Part shown: piece after piece, positions 37,131-50,199 of the stretch
Position numbering within the stretch: the stretch's first letter is position 1
Layout: each line of letters opens with the position of its first letter
Source: Takakia lepidozioides
Lineage: Eukaryota; Plantae; Bryophyta
DNA: 64,000 nucleotides
Direction of reading: 5' to 3'
Assembly: GCA_030704615.1 (NCBI GenBank)
Contig: CM060732.1
Span: 5,332,001-5,396,000 of the forward strand
The notes under the pieces: generated by a model
The model's database searches: none
Told to the model about the DNA's origin: nothing
The model's input: only the letters and a program-made list of their open reading frames with translations
Program-made: the position numbers and the translations under genes

Positions 37131-40100
37131 ATGAGGTTGGAAAGAGTAGACAAAGAAGGAAAGGAGGAAGAAGAGGGAAATGAGAAAAGGATGGCGATGC
37201 AAGAGCAGGATTTTGGAGAGGAACAACAACCCCCCCCATACTGCCGAGAACAGGTGAGGAGGAGACTGCATCTGAGGGAGAGACGGACGCCGAAGAGGAT
37301 GTTGATGGTGGCCTCATGAAGCAGCTGATAGCGGAAAAGAGGATTGAGGACATGCTGCAGAACATGCGTGGTGTAGATAGCAGTCCGAAGCGCAAAGGGT
37401 CTCCTACGATTGGAGAGACATCGAACGCAACACAAGGAAAGGTACAAGTCTGTCATGGAAGCTACTTTTTGTTTTGCTTCATGTTATACTGGCCCAGTTA
37501 TACAAGCTGAAGTGTGTGCAAGCTGAATCCTCTTTGCTTGTTTTTTGATGTCTAAATGTGCCACACAGGGCCAGTGTGCCTTGTTCAAAACACCCGCAGT
37601 TGAAAGCACCAAACAGTGTGCGGCAACGCACACTGTTTGTGCCCCCCTCTGTGCCTGTCTTGTGATTTCAAAATGGGCCACACAGGGCAAGTATGCCATG
37701 TTCAAAATACCCCTAATTGGAAGCAACAAACAGTGTGCGTCAACGCACACTCTTTGTGCGCCCTTTCTGATTGTTTTTTGATGTCTAAATGTGCCACATA
37801 GGGCCAGTGTGCCAAGTTCAAAACACCCGTTGTTGGAAACACCAAACAGTGTGCGTTGACGCACACTGTTTGTGCCCCCCTTTTCCAGCTGTATTTTTAT
37901 GTTTAAATGGGCCACATACGTCCAGTGTGCCAGGTTGAAAACACCCGAAGTTGGAAGCACCAAACAGTGTGCATCAACGCACACTGTTTGTGCACCCTTC
38001 TCAGCCTGTTTTTTGATTTAAAAATAGGCCATGTTGGGTGTCTAAATGAGCCACACAGGGCCAGTGTACCATGTTCATAACACCCATAGTTAAAAGCACC
38101 ATAGAGTGTGCGGCAACGCACACTGTCTGTGCCCCTCTCTCAGCCTGTTTTTTGATGTCCAAATGGGCCACACAAGGCCAGTATGCCATGTCAAAAAACC
38201 CCTAATTGGAAGCACCAAACAGTGTGCTTCAAAGAACACTGTTAGAGCTCCCCTTTGTGCTTGTTTATTGATGTCTAAATGGGCCACACAGGGCCAGTAT
38301 GCCATGTCCCAAAACCCCATAGTTGCAAGCACCAAACAGTGTGCGTCAACGCACACTGTTTGTGCCCCCCTTTCTAGTTGTTTTTTCATGTCTAAATGGG
38401 CCACACAGGGCCAGTGTGCCAAGTTCAAAACACCCGTAGTTGAAAGCACCAAACAGTGTGCGTCAATGCACACTGTTTATGCCCCTCTCTCAGCCTGTTT
38501 TTGGATGTCCAAATGGGCCACACAAGGCCAGAATGCTATGTCAAAAAAACCCTTAGTTGGAAGCACCAAATAGTGTGCATCAACGCACACGGTTTGTGCC
38601 CCCCTTTCAAGTTGTTTTTTCATGTCTAAATGGGCCACACATGGCCAGTGTGCCAAGTTCAAAACACCCGTAGTTGGAAGCACCAAACAGTGTGCGTTGA
38701 CGCACACTGTTTGTGCCCCTCTCTCAGCCTGTTTTTGGATGTCCAAATGGGCCACACAGGGCCAGAATGCCATGTCAAAAAACCCCATAGATGGACGCAC
38801 CAAACAGTGTGCGTCTACGCACACTCTTTGTGCACCTCTCTCAGCCTGTTTTCTGATTTCAAAATGGGCCACACAGGGCCAGTATGCCATGTCAAAAAAC
38901 CCCTAATTGGAAGCACCAAACAGTGTGCTTCAAAGCACACTGTTTGTGCTCCCCTTTATGCTTGTTTATTGATGTCTAAATGGGCCATACAGGGCTAGTG
39001 TGCCATGTCAAAAAACCCCATAGTTGGAAGCACCAAACAGTGTGCGTCAACGCACACTGTTTTTGCCCCTCTCTCAGCCTGTTTTTGGATGTCCAAATGG
39101 GCCACACAGGGCCAGAATGGCATGTAAAAAAACCCCATAGTTGGACGCACCAAACAATGTGCGTCTACGCACACTGTTTGTGCCTTTCTCTCAGCCTATT
39201 TTTTGATTTCAAAATGGGCCACACAGGGCCAGTATGCCATGTCAGAAAACCCATAATTGGAAGCACCAAACAGTGTGCTTCAAAGCACACTGTTTGTGCT
39301 CCCCTTTATGCTTGTTTATTGATGTCTAAATGGGCCACACAGGGCCAGTGTGCCATGTCAAAAACCCCCCTAGTTGGAAGCATCAAACAGTGTGCGTCAA
39401 CGCACACTGTTTGTGCTCCTCTTTCTGCTTGTTTTTGGATTTCAAACCGGGCCACACAGGGCCAGAATGCCATGTCAAAAAACCCCTAATTGGGAGCACC
39501 AAACAGTGTGCTTCAAAGCACACTGTTTGTGCTCCTCTTTATGCTTGTTTATTGATGTCTAAATGGGCAACACAAGGCCAGAATGCCATGTCAAAAAACC
39601 CCATAGTTGGAAGCACCAAACAGTGTGCGTCAACGCACACTGTTTGTGCCCCCACCTCAGCCTGTTTTTTGATGTTTAAATGGGCCACACAAGGCCAGTA
39701 TGCCATGTCAAAAAACCCCTAATTGGAAGCACCAAACAGTGTGCTTCAAAGCACACTGTTTATGCTCCCTTTTATGCTAATTTTTTGATGTGTAAATGGG
39801 CCAAACAGGGCCAAAATGCCATGTCAAACAACCCCATAGTTGGGAGCATCAAACAGTGTGCGTGAACGCTCACTGTTTGTGCCCCTCTCTCAGCCTGTTT
39901 TTTGATTTCAAAATGAGCCACACAGGGCCAGTATGCCATGTCAAAAAACCCGTAATTGGAATCACCAAACAGTGTGCTTCAAAGCACACTGTTTGTGCTC
40001 CCCTTTATGCTTGTTTATTGATGTCTAAATGGGCCACACAGGGCCAGTATGCCATGTCAAAAAACCCCTAATTGTAAGCACCAAACAGTGGGCTTGAAAG

Positions 40101-41029
40101 CGCACTGTTTGTGCCCCCTTTATGCTTATTTTTTTTTATGTCTAAATGGGCCACACAGGGCCAATGTGCCAAGGTCAAAACACCCGTAGTTGGAAGCACC
40201 AAACAGTGTGCGTCAACGCACACTGTTTGTGCCCCCCTTTCCAGTTGTTTTTTGATGTCTAAATGGGCCACACAGGGCCAGTGTGCTAAGTTGAAAACAA
40301 GCGTAGTTGGAAGCACCAAACAGTGTGCGTCAACGCACATTGTTTGTGCCCCCCTTTCCAGTTGTTTTTTGATGTCTAAATGGGCCACACAGGGCCAGTG
40401 TGCCAATTTGAAAACACCCGTAGATGGAAGCACCAAACAGTGTGCATCAACGCACACTGTTTGTGCACCCCTCTCAACCTATTTTTTGATTTAAAAATAG
40501 GCCATGTTTGATGTCTAAATGTGCCTCACAGGGCCAGTGTACCATGTTCAGATTACTCGTAGTTGGAAGCATCAAAGAGTGTGCGGCAACGCACACTGTC
40601 TGTGCCCCCCTCTGTGCCTGTTTTTTTATGTCAATATGGGCCAAACACGGCCAGTGTGCCATGTTCAACACACCCCTAATTGGAAGCACACTGTTTGTGC
40701 CCTTTGTACTTCGACATGTTTTGATGTAATAGGAAGCCAACTTGATTCTTTTTTAAACATTGAATCACCTTTGAAGCATAGTGAAAACACGGAAAATGTA
40801 TGTGTTTGAGCTCTGTGCAGTCTTCGGCACCACACTTTGTTCCTCTCCTCTCTCTAATGTGAAATTGAATGAACAACCCTGCAGGAGAAGATTCAAAGGG
40901 TGGCTTATGACAACACTTCAGGGCAGGAGAAGGAGATCATTCTTGATGTGGACGACGAGTTCTATGAAAGCAAAGCCGCGGAGATGCTGGGGGGTCAGAA
41001 GGTGAATTCTCAGCTTGTGGTGCAAAGCA
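37131..41029 (+). pseudogene. ParB-like accessory gene copy 2: first exon, a 3.4-kb intron (37442-40884) and the start of exon 2, cut by a MULE insertion
   Basis: Exon 2 DVDDEFYESKAAEMLGGQKVNSQLVVQS matches 46430-46385 (MLGDQKVDSQLVVQS) and 62145 (QKVNSQEVI). GT donor at 37442 and CTGCAG acceptor ending 40884. Confidence 0.65.
37530..40702. repeat. Tandem array of about 26 units of about 120 bp, each with a CAAACAGTGTGCG-N4-CGCACACTGTTTG palindrome
   Basis: Directly visible periodicity; unit count estimated from length divided by period. Confidence 0.95.
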
Positions 41030-43782
41030 GAGGTTTACTATTTCATGAGCAGAAACCATGAGCCATGAGTCATGAGCCGCATGAGCCGCATGAGCGGTGA
41101 GCCGAAGTCTAAGACACGCGGATTTCATGAGCGGACTCCTCCAAATTTGGAAATGTGGCAGATTAAAAAAGTATTATTTTTATTATTTTTTTAAAAATTT
41201 GACCTTGCCGTTTTTGGAAGTTCCAGATCCTGTAATGCGGCGAAGATATGTCGTCAGTAACAACTCCGCTCATGGTTTTTTAGATCCACTCATGGAAATG
41301 AGTGACCGTGCAACGAGAAATCCAGTATACCACGGCAAAAGGACGTCGCATATTGGCCTGTATAGAGTATTCCGCGGTTTTACATGCCTTAACATTGGAA
41401 TGAAGCTGGCCCTTCTGCCGCGATTGAACCAATAGAGTCTGCACCAATAGAGTCTGTAGTACTTCACATTTCTGTCATCTTCGGGTATTCGGCGGGAAAG
41501 GTTTGCGACTCAACTGGGAAATGCGGTGCCGCATTAGGGATCGCACGTGCGAAATTTCTCGGGGGTTTGGTATTGGCGACGGTCGGCTCCCTGAAGGTTG
41601 GGTGCAACTATCTTGCTATGACGAAGGCCGCATCTACCAATACCTATGACGTTACTTGGAAATGCGGCGCCGCATTTTCTTGCCGGGGGTCGAATGAGGA
41701 AAGCAAAGTTTGGGAGAGCAGAAAAACAGGAACCCTCCAACAAACAAAAATACAAGAACGTGGAAACAGAAGTGAATGACATAGTATTATCTTAGTTCGA
41801 GCAAAACAGGTTACTGGTAGGCAAGACAGAAGTCGGACCTTTCTGTGGCCAGAGTCAGAGGTATTTGCAGCAGTACAGTTCTACTATAACTGAAACTCCG
41901 AAAAGGATGGGCGTACCATTGTGTGGGGACCGCAAGCCAAGCTCACTGGTCCCCTGGATCCATATTCAGAAGAGTGTGCACCTCTTGGGGGCTCAACCCT
42001 GGTGCATGTATAAAGTGATGAGTTGTGGAATTACACCGGAGTCTCTTTAGGTACACGTAGTACAGATGCTTGCAAGGGCAGTATGATGCCCCCTTGTTCG
42101 CCGTGATCTGGAAGTCGGTGCAATTGCAGGTGGGTAATTCTGAAATGGTGATGGTGTACACCTCATTGCGAACAGCTGAGCCTGCCGTGACCATCTGATA
42201 TACACGCCCGAAGCCTGGTGGGGGCACTTTTGTCGAGCTCTGGATTGTACAGTTCATCCGAAAGTGCATTCCCCATCCTTGTCTCGTTCACTTTTGAGGG
42301 AGGTCGCCGCCTCTTCGGTTTCCCCCAACGGTGTGTAGGATGCTTAGAGCTGTTGCGTCCCATTGTTCTTGCTCTCACAGGGGTCGGTGGTGGAGGCTCT
42401 GGAAGCGGAAATGGTTGTCTGGGGACGTGAGTGCGCTGCATCATCCAAAATCCTGCGGCAGTAAGGGCGTTGGCCTCAATCTGACTCAGATCACAGCCTG
42501 GTTCTATCGGCCATACCGGGGGAGCCTCTGGCATTGTTTGTATGCCATACTTGGGCTTTCCATACACGCAAGTCATAATGTCATGCCTGCAGAACCAGAA
42601 CTGGGTGGTTGTCGCCTCCGAAAACTTTGCATGGACAAATCTTCCGGTAAAAGTAGGAGCAGGGACAGCCCCATCTAGATTCCTCCTTATCATCTCTAAA
42701 CAACATTGACGTGTATCCACTCGAATTGCAGAACACCTGCCTCAAAACGCCGGCTTTGTGCGAGCAATTCTCCATTGTGACGCAGACATAGTCGTCTCCA
42801 CAATGGCTTGGCCATACTGCATAACAGCGGGCGGAATCTGGGGCAAACGAGCAGTGGGAATTTCTCACACGGAATCCCCGCTTGAAGGCGATGGCGATCT
42901 GGAAACTCTTGGGCTTCCACTGCTGGAAGACACATTGTGCGGCAACATGACGGGACCTCGAGGTGCTGTCCGAATGTTCCTGTCAGATCTCCAGGAATCC
43001 TCTTCGCACCCGGGTTCCTCTTCAATCCTCCACCTCACAGGGCAAGTACGGACGTCCCCCTCTAGGTGTTCACCTCTACGGTGCAGAGGCATCCCTTTGA
43101 TATTCTCTCGCAATGTTGTCACCCATTTCAGTGGATTCTTCGACCTCGAAGCTGTTCGTACCAACAATTCTTCCCTGTCCAGCCCAAAGCCCCATTGTTT
43201 CCCGCTCAAAAACTTGTAGTACGTGGCTTGCTGCATGATTGCTCTGTCGATGTCCTCCGTTGTGGCCATCACCACGTCCACCAGATGTGCGGCAGAAGAC
43301 GCTCGCCAGGAGGAGTGGACTGATCTGCCATATTCGTGTTCGGCATTCCGTGTCGGAATCCAAGCACCGCTCCTACAAGGACAGAAACAATGGTGAGGGA
43401 CCAATGCAAAGGTCCATAATAGAACGACAATTGCACGAAAAGTCTAGCATCACACCTCCCGCATGTACTGTCCGAACTGTCGATACTGGAAATGCCACCA
43501 CCCCAACCAGCTGTGCAAGGCTCCTAGATTGGTTGTCTCCACTGCATCTGACGTGTTCCACCAAGCCTCGATGATAGCAAACTTTACCTCCGCGTCATCA
43601 AATGTGGGTGCATCCTTCCACGCCGTACAAAGGACACGGTGTTCAGCCTGGAATGAGCTAGCAACAAATTTGGTAGTGTAGTGAGATAGACTCTGCATCC
43701 AATGGAATCCACAGGATCTCTCTTTCCCCTCCATTGGAACATTGGGGTCCTCACCATACACACGCCGCACCGCTGCCCAGTC
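41030..43782 (-). mobile_element. Truncated inverted copy of the 20768-27014 MULE (3' part of the transposase, copy 4, at 41943-43782, plus the terminus)
   Basis: Starts GAGGTTTACTATTTCATGAGC; reverse-complement homologous to about 24315-27014. Confidence 0.92.
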
Positions 43783-44794
43783 GGTCGATTCTGATTTTGA
43801 TGACTGTGACACTTGATATCAAGTTTTCTCTTACTTTTGTTCGGGGCCAATTTTGAAATGGGATGGTTGTGTGTCATTGTTGTCATGTTTGTAATGTGTG
43901 CGTGGGATGCAAATTCCTGGGAACAAACTATCGTTGGAGATGGGGGTTGCATGGACTGCCCGGATTGTTCTTTCAATCTCTTTAGTGTTTTCCGGAGCTC
44001 ATAGGCTTGTGTGCATTGCAAAAACAAACAAACATCTTTGGTTTGGGTAGAGCATTCTCGCATCATTTGCTCGTTGGTCTCCAAACCATTCCTGCCAGAA
44101 GAATGCTTAGTAAATCCATCACGTTAAAGTGATCAAAGATCGTTCAGGCATTCTTCTGGTGAGCATCTATGATGCTCCCGCACATACCATACATGTTCGC
44201 AAGGGTGGTGAGTAAGAAAACATGTCGCAGGGATCCGCTTTGGATGATGTGAGGGTGCACCTGCTCACGACGTAGCCATATTCCAATGTAAGGGCTTGGT
44301 ATGTTAATAACGTCTAAATGGATGCAATGGATAGAAATGATGGATACAATGGATATAATACATCCAGTCTACATTCCCTGGGAAGGGCTGATCAACCCGC
44401 GGTAATAGGTGACACCCGTGGAAATAGGCCATATATGCATGCTGATGTGGCGTGAGCCTATCGTGGGCTCACGGGCTCCTGGGCTCACAGGCTCACGCCT
44501 CCGGGCTCACAGAATAGCACCCCCCAGCCCAAACCCATCACGTTTGTTTGTTTTTGCAATACGTGTGCAAGCCTAAGAGCTCCGGAAAACACTAAAGAGA
44601 TTGAAGAAACAATCCGGGCAGTCCATGCAACCCCCCTCTCCAATAATTTCTTGTTCCCAAGAATTCGCATCCCACGTACACATTGCAAACAAGACAACAT
44701 GGACACACAACCATCTCATTTCAAAATTGGCCCCGAATAAAAGCAAAAGAAAACTTGATATCAAGTGTCACAGTCATCAGAATCATAATCGACC
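43783..44794. repeat. Inverted repeat (about 260-bp arms) containing PPR fragments; the spacer holds a PPR piece and an orphan MULE terminus ending at 44525
   Basis: 43783-44045 vs 44530-44794 in reverse complement. PITFVCFCNTCASL in the arm. ctcacagaatagcacccccc resembles the MULE TIR. Confidence 0.75.
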
Positions 44795-45249
44795 TCCTGT
44801 GCTATGTCATCCACAAAGATTCGGGCCCCAACACCACGTTTTCTACCACGGCCGTCGATGGTTGGACTGCGAGTGCCATGAATGGACATGCTTGCTACAA
44901 GTGCCTCCGCACAGACGGGCATCATATAAGACTGAGGAGGACTTGAAAGAAGTCCAAAAAGGTGTGATAGTCCTGGAGGGTCAATAGAAGCACACGGACT
45001 CCTGCACAAGACGAGAAAAACCCATCTTGAATACAATGATGCAATGCACAAGTCTTTCGAAGATGATGTCTCCCATGTGCACTTTGCCTTAAGAACAGTG
45101 ATTCTGGTATTGAAAGAACAATGCAAGCATCCACAAGTTGAACTTACTCACAGGCAAATTTGTCGGCGAGCTCTTGCACTGTACATGCTTTGAACGTCAC
45201 CCCTACCCTCTTTGCATGCTACGCACAATGCAATGTCTCTTGTTTTGCA

Positions 45250-46514
45250 CCAATAGCGCTCATCAAAAGCATTCCAACCTGGACAAGCACCCGCTGGAGG
45301 GACATCCGGGATTGGCAACCCATCAGGGATGTCCAAGATGATGAGTTCGGTTGCATATGGCTTCTCCTTCCCCTTCACCCAAGATTTGGTCATTTTTGCC
45401 TGCAAAAAAACATGCAAGCGAATGCTCAAGAGGATTCAAACAACATTCAAACAACACAAAAGAGGCAAAAGACAACACGCACCGTGCCGAGGAACTCCAC
45501 AATCCTCTCCCACATTGGTGAAGGACTACCCTTGTAATCAGATTTCTTGGACTCCATCATGGCGAGGAAGCCGACGTTGGCCATCTCCAACCTGGTGGGA
45601 TGCTCCACTGCATGGTACGGGTCCTCAAGATCAACCGCTCCCTTCTTCTTCCTCCCGGATCCCTTACCATGTTGTGGAGTCTCCTTGCTCTGCTGGACAT
45701 CCGCCGCCGGGCCAGTTTCTCCAACACTTCCCTGCCCACCTATCTTCCCCTGTGCTCCCTTCCCCTTACCCCTTCCTTTCCCTCCACCAACAGCAGCATC
45801 CTTTCCCTTTCCCTTTCCCTTTCTACCTTTACCCGGGCTTTCTCTTGCTGGTCAAGCTCATTTGTTCGACTGATCCCACCCTCCTTGTTGAACTCCCTAA
45901 AGAATACGCGGTGAGATACATCTTCCATCATCTGGCCTTTGGGTACTTCTGCATCATGGACTTTGTTTTTGTTTGTTTCCCTTGCCCGTGTGTTCATGCA
46001 TTTGTCGTGCATTCTCTTACAGCTCCTGTGAGTGCAGCCTCCCAATGACAACCATCCATGCTAGCAACCCGTGGTTGCCATCCCATACGTGAAACATCTT
46101 CCCCGAGAATGTTTGCGTCGAAGGTTTCCTTGAGAGAAGAAGCTCGAAGGATTCGTTCACCTGTCTCTAAATGGGATCCCATGAGTCTGTGATTGACTCA
46201 TCCACAAGAAGCTCGTTGCCTCTGGAATCCCTAGTAGAAACGTAAAACACTGTGGATCCATCCAAATACCCATGAACAAACTCGGCCTCCAGCTTCTGGA
46301 TGTCCTTGATAAGGGGTGGACAAACAACGGGCATGGAAACCAACATGCACAGGGGAATCTTCAACCTGCCACCCGGTGCAAGCATACTTTGCACCACAAG
46401 CTGCGAATCGACCTTCTGATCCCCTAGCATCTCCGCCGCTTTGCTTTCATAGAACTCGTATCAACAATGTTCTCCTCTTCCTGCACTGTAGGGTTCTCAT
46501 CTTTGCATCTTCTC
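45250..46514 (-). pseudogene. ParB-like accessory gene copy 3 (internally deleted) with a downstream amino-MTase-like segment
   Basis: RLKIPLCMLVSMPVVCPPLIKDIQKLEAEFVHGY; KMFHVWDGNHGLLAWM (46068-46082); exon starting 45399 TELIILDIPDGLP...GWN. Confidence 0.7.
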
Positions 46515-46554
46515 CTGCAGGGATACACATTCAAATGGACATAAGCAATGGGTA

Positions 46555-48085
46555 GAAACATTGTGCGGTGCCGCACACTGTTCAGTGCTTCAATCTCAAA
46601 TCATTTTTTGTGTTTTCAACAAGTTTCAAATGTGCAGGGACATTCTTATGGGGCTTCCTCTTTTTGTGCTGCCATTTCACCTTCATGGAAGTTTGAGGAA
46701 CAGGGCTTGGTGCACACTTCTCACATGAAAACCCCAAATTGAAAGAGAGGGGCCAGAACCAGTATGCGGTGCCGCACACTGTTTCTTGCTTTCATTTCTC
46801 TCTGTTTAAAGCCTGAGTGACTCAGCTGAATGGGTTTATTCCAAACAAAAAAAGAACACTCGACAGGGGTGTCAAAAATAGTGCCGTACCCCACACTGTC
46901 TCGTGCTTCCTTTCACGATGATTGAAGCCTGACAGACAAAGCTCGGTGACTAAAATACAGAGGGGCAGAAATAGTGTGCGGCACTGTGCGGTGCCGCACA
47001 CTGTTTCAAGCTGCCATTTCATCACGAGTGAAGTTTGGAAAAAATGAGCTGAGTGCCTACTTTCTCAACAAAAAAAAAACATTGGGGAGTAGCTCTAATA
47101 GTGTGCGGTACCGCACACTGTGTCCATCTTGCATTTCAACAAGATGCAGTGGTGACTGTAAGAGGTGACAGAGAGGGGCACTATCGAGCTACAATTGAAA
47201 CACAAAATACAAATGTTTCAGGGGGGCACAAACAGTGTGCGGTGCCGCACACTGTTTCGTGCTTCCATTTTTCTCTGATTCAAGCCTGCTACAAACACCA
47301 GAAGGGATACACTTCCAAGCAAAAAAGAGAGTTCCAGGGGGGCACAAACAATGTGCAGTGCCGCACACTATTTCGTGCTGCCATTTTGCTTTGATTCTAG
47401 CCTGCTATACACACCAGAAGGGATACACTTCCAACCAAAAGAGAGAGTTCTAGGGGGGCACAAACAGTGTGCGGTGCCACACACTGTTTCGTGTTGCCAT
47501 TTTGCTCTGATTCTAGCCTGCTACACACACCAGAAGGGATATATTTCCAACCAAAAGAGAGAGTTCCAAGGGGGCACAAATAGTGTGCGGTGCTGCACAC
47601 TGTTTCGTGCTCCCATTTCAGTGTTAGTTACACCTGGAAGAATGTGCTAAGTGCTCACATTTCAAACAAAAAAAATATATTGAAGAGGGGCTCAAACAGC
47701 GTGCGGTGCCGCACACTGTCTAGAACATGCATTTCAATATGATTCAAGGGGGATACACAGAGGTGAGTGAACTCTAAAAGAGGACCTGAGGGCTACAATT
47801 CAAACATAAAATGATTGTTTCAGAGGGGCACAAACAGTGTGTGGTGCCGCACACTGTTTTGTGGTTCCATTTTGGTGCGATTCAGGCCTGTAACTCACTG
47901 CAGAAGGGGTACATTTTGAAGCAAAAAACGAAAATAAAGAGGGGCACAAACAGTGTGCGGTGCCGCACAATGTTCCGTGCTAACATTTCAGTGTGAGTGA
48001 AGACTGAAAGAATGTACTAAGTGCCTACATTCGAAAGAAAAAAAGAACATTGATGACGGGCTCAAATAGTGTGCGGTGTCGTACA
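46555..48085. repeat. Degenerate array of AAACAGTGTGCG-GTGC-CGCACACTGTTT palindromes, about 120-bp spacing
   Basis: Palindromes at about 46560, 46760, 46878, 46985, 47100, 47231, 47348, 47462, 47579, 47695, 47832, 47948 and 48065. Lies upstream of the copy 3 acceptor. Confidence 0.9.
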
Positions 48086-48678
48086 CTAATTTTGGGACGA
48101 GGAGCTTTACTCTTGGGTCATCGCTCCACTCTCTGAGGGATCCACGCATTCGACCCAGACTGAGAAGATTGTGGAGGAGCAGGATCTGCAAGAGCCGGAT
48201 GCTCTGGATGTGGATTCGGATTTTTCATGTGAGTAAGTGCATGTTTTTTTGTGGCAACTCATAGACCCCAGGACGGATCCTTTTGGTGTTCTTTTTTGTG
48301 GCTGAAGTTTGGCTTCCAAAGTATTTACGAAGTTTACTCATTACTGTGTGGTTGCAGGAGTCCTATGACGCTTCTAGCGTTCTTTGCCAACCCGGATTTC
48401 TTCCCAAGTCCTCCGGCACAATTTCATTTGCCATCTTATGCGGAGGCTGCGGCTAAGGAGTATAGTCTGCTGGCATCTCCCCCTTCTCTGCTTCACGACA
48501 AACATGGTCAAGACCTTACAACACACATACGAAGTTATAAACACAATAGTAACCATCCCTCCCAACCTAACCTGAGAATATGTTCTGCTCCATTCAACTA
48601 AATCTATCACTAAACCTCACACACCATGAGTAAATAATAGATTTTTGCCTAACTTATCCAGCCTTAGTTCAATAAACT

Positions 48679-48745
48679 GGGGGATGCTATTGTGTGAGCA
48701 GATCCCGCGAGCAGAAAATTGCATGAGCAGAAATCTGCTCACGCT
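48679..48745 (+). mobile_element. Orphan MULE-family terminus
   Basis: GGGGGATGCTATTGTGTGAGC followed by TGAGC/GCTCA repeats, matching the TIR family at 20768. Confidence 0.55.
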
Positions 48746-50199
48746 TGAGGACCTGCCTACCTATAACCGCGGACGTCCAGTCGACTTAGAAGACCTATTA
48801 CTGCGCAGAGTGGCCAGTATCACAAGGTCGGATATGGATGCTACTTGGATGAATGAGGGATGAATGTCTGTATAACGAATGAGAGGTGGATGAATGATAT
48901 AAATGAAAGAATAGATAGTTGTTTGTAGTGGTAGCTCCCAAAACCCCTGAGCTCCGAAATCCATGAAACCATGCTTGTCTTGCTTGAGAATCAATTATGC
49001 CGGGTGTAGCATATATTGCAAACTTTGAGTCCACATTGTTTTGTTGATTGAGAAGGATCACATGTCATTTTCCCAGTTATACAAGGTTGATAGAGATGCT
49101 CACATCCAATCATAAAGAAGGCATACATGTGAACTCGTGGTTTTTAAACAAACCCTTCACAAGAATCGATTCATTCGGACAAAGAAGATCTACTGCTACA
49201 GGACGTACTATTCAGGACGAAGGTAGAACTGTCCACAAAGACGCTAGCCCTGCTCTGCTGAAACCAACATATGAGTGGTTTGTGTGCATAGTAGTACAAA
49301 GTAAAAAGCTATTTGTTGTTGAAATGGACACAGATGAAGTGTGGTTGTCTGTGAGGGAAAGAGTGGGCACATGGAGTGTAAAATTTTGCGGCATAGCTGC
49401 TGTCATGTCATGGCAACAGTCTTCACAACATGAGTAGACCAGTGATTGACTCATTTGGATATTTGTCGAAGGTACTTTATGGCTTCAGCAGACCAGGGCT
49501 CAACACTCCAAGAATTCCAAACTTTGCTTCAACACTTGATTGCCGTTCTGACTCCTCCCATAGCTCAGTATCCACGAGTTTGTTATATGCCAATGCTTAC
49601 AAAAGCTGGAGATCAGAAATGTAGGATAAACCTAAGCAATCCCTCGAAGGTCAAGCAAGCACCATCTCGGGACTACCTAGGTCTCACCAAGCTTGTTCTT
49701 AGCCCTCCTTTTCTGCTTGTAATATGGGTAGTTGCATCTACAGACCTCATTGCGGACGTCCCATGAAGACTGATTATCCCGAGTTTACCCTCAGATGGTT
49801 CATCTAACATATATGAAAGACATGGAAATGAAAACAATGATGCGCGTTCGAAGGCTTCTCAATGGTTGCTAACTTTTGTACTCCAACCATCTACAGAAAC
49901 CCGTTTGGAAGCACACTCCAAACCAAAATCTTGCTTTCACCAAACTGCCTTGTACACCCTTCTTTTCTGAAACCAGCATTCGTGGTGATGATGATGCGCA
50001 ACTAGAGGCTTTCACACCGGGCTGAAGCACCTTCATATTTAACAATCATTTCTGCGTTCTGTCGCGGGACAAACTTAAAAACTACAAGTGCCCAAGAGAA
50101 AAGAAATTGTTTCATGCAAACATATTGGTTATTTGAACTCATACATGTTCATCAGAGATGTAAATAGTTTTAAGACAATAGTAATAATAATAATGAATC

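Noticed and set aside
37530-40702. CRISPR-like appearance of regularly spaced palindromes
   Set aside because: The inter-palindrome sequence is itself repeated (no unique spacers), there are no cas genes, and the context is eukaryotic.
37484-40809. Many Cys/His-rich ORFs on both strands
   Set aside because: Translation artefacts of the 120-bp tandem repeat.
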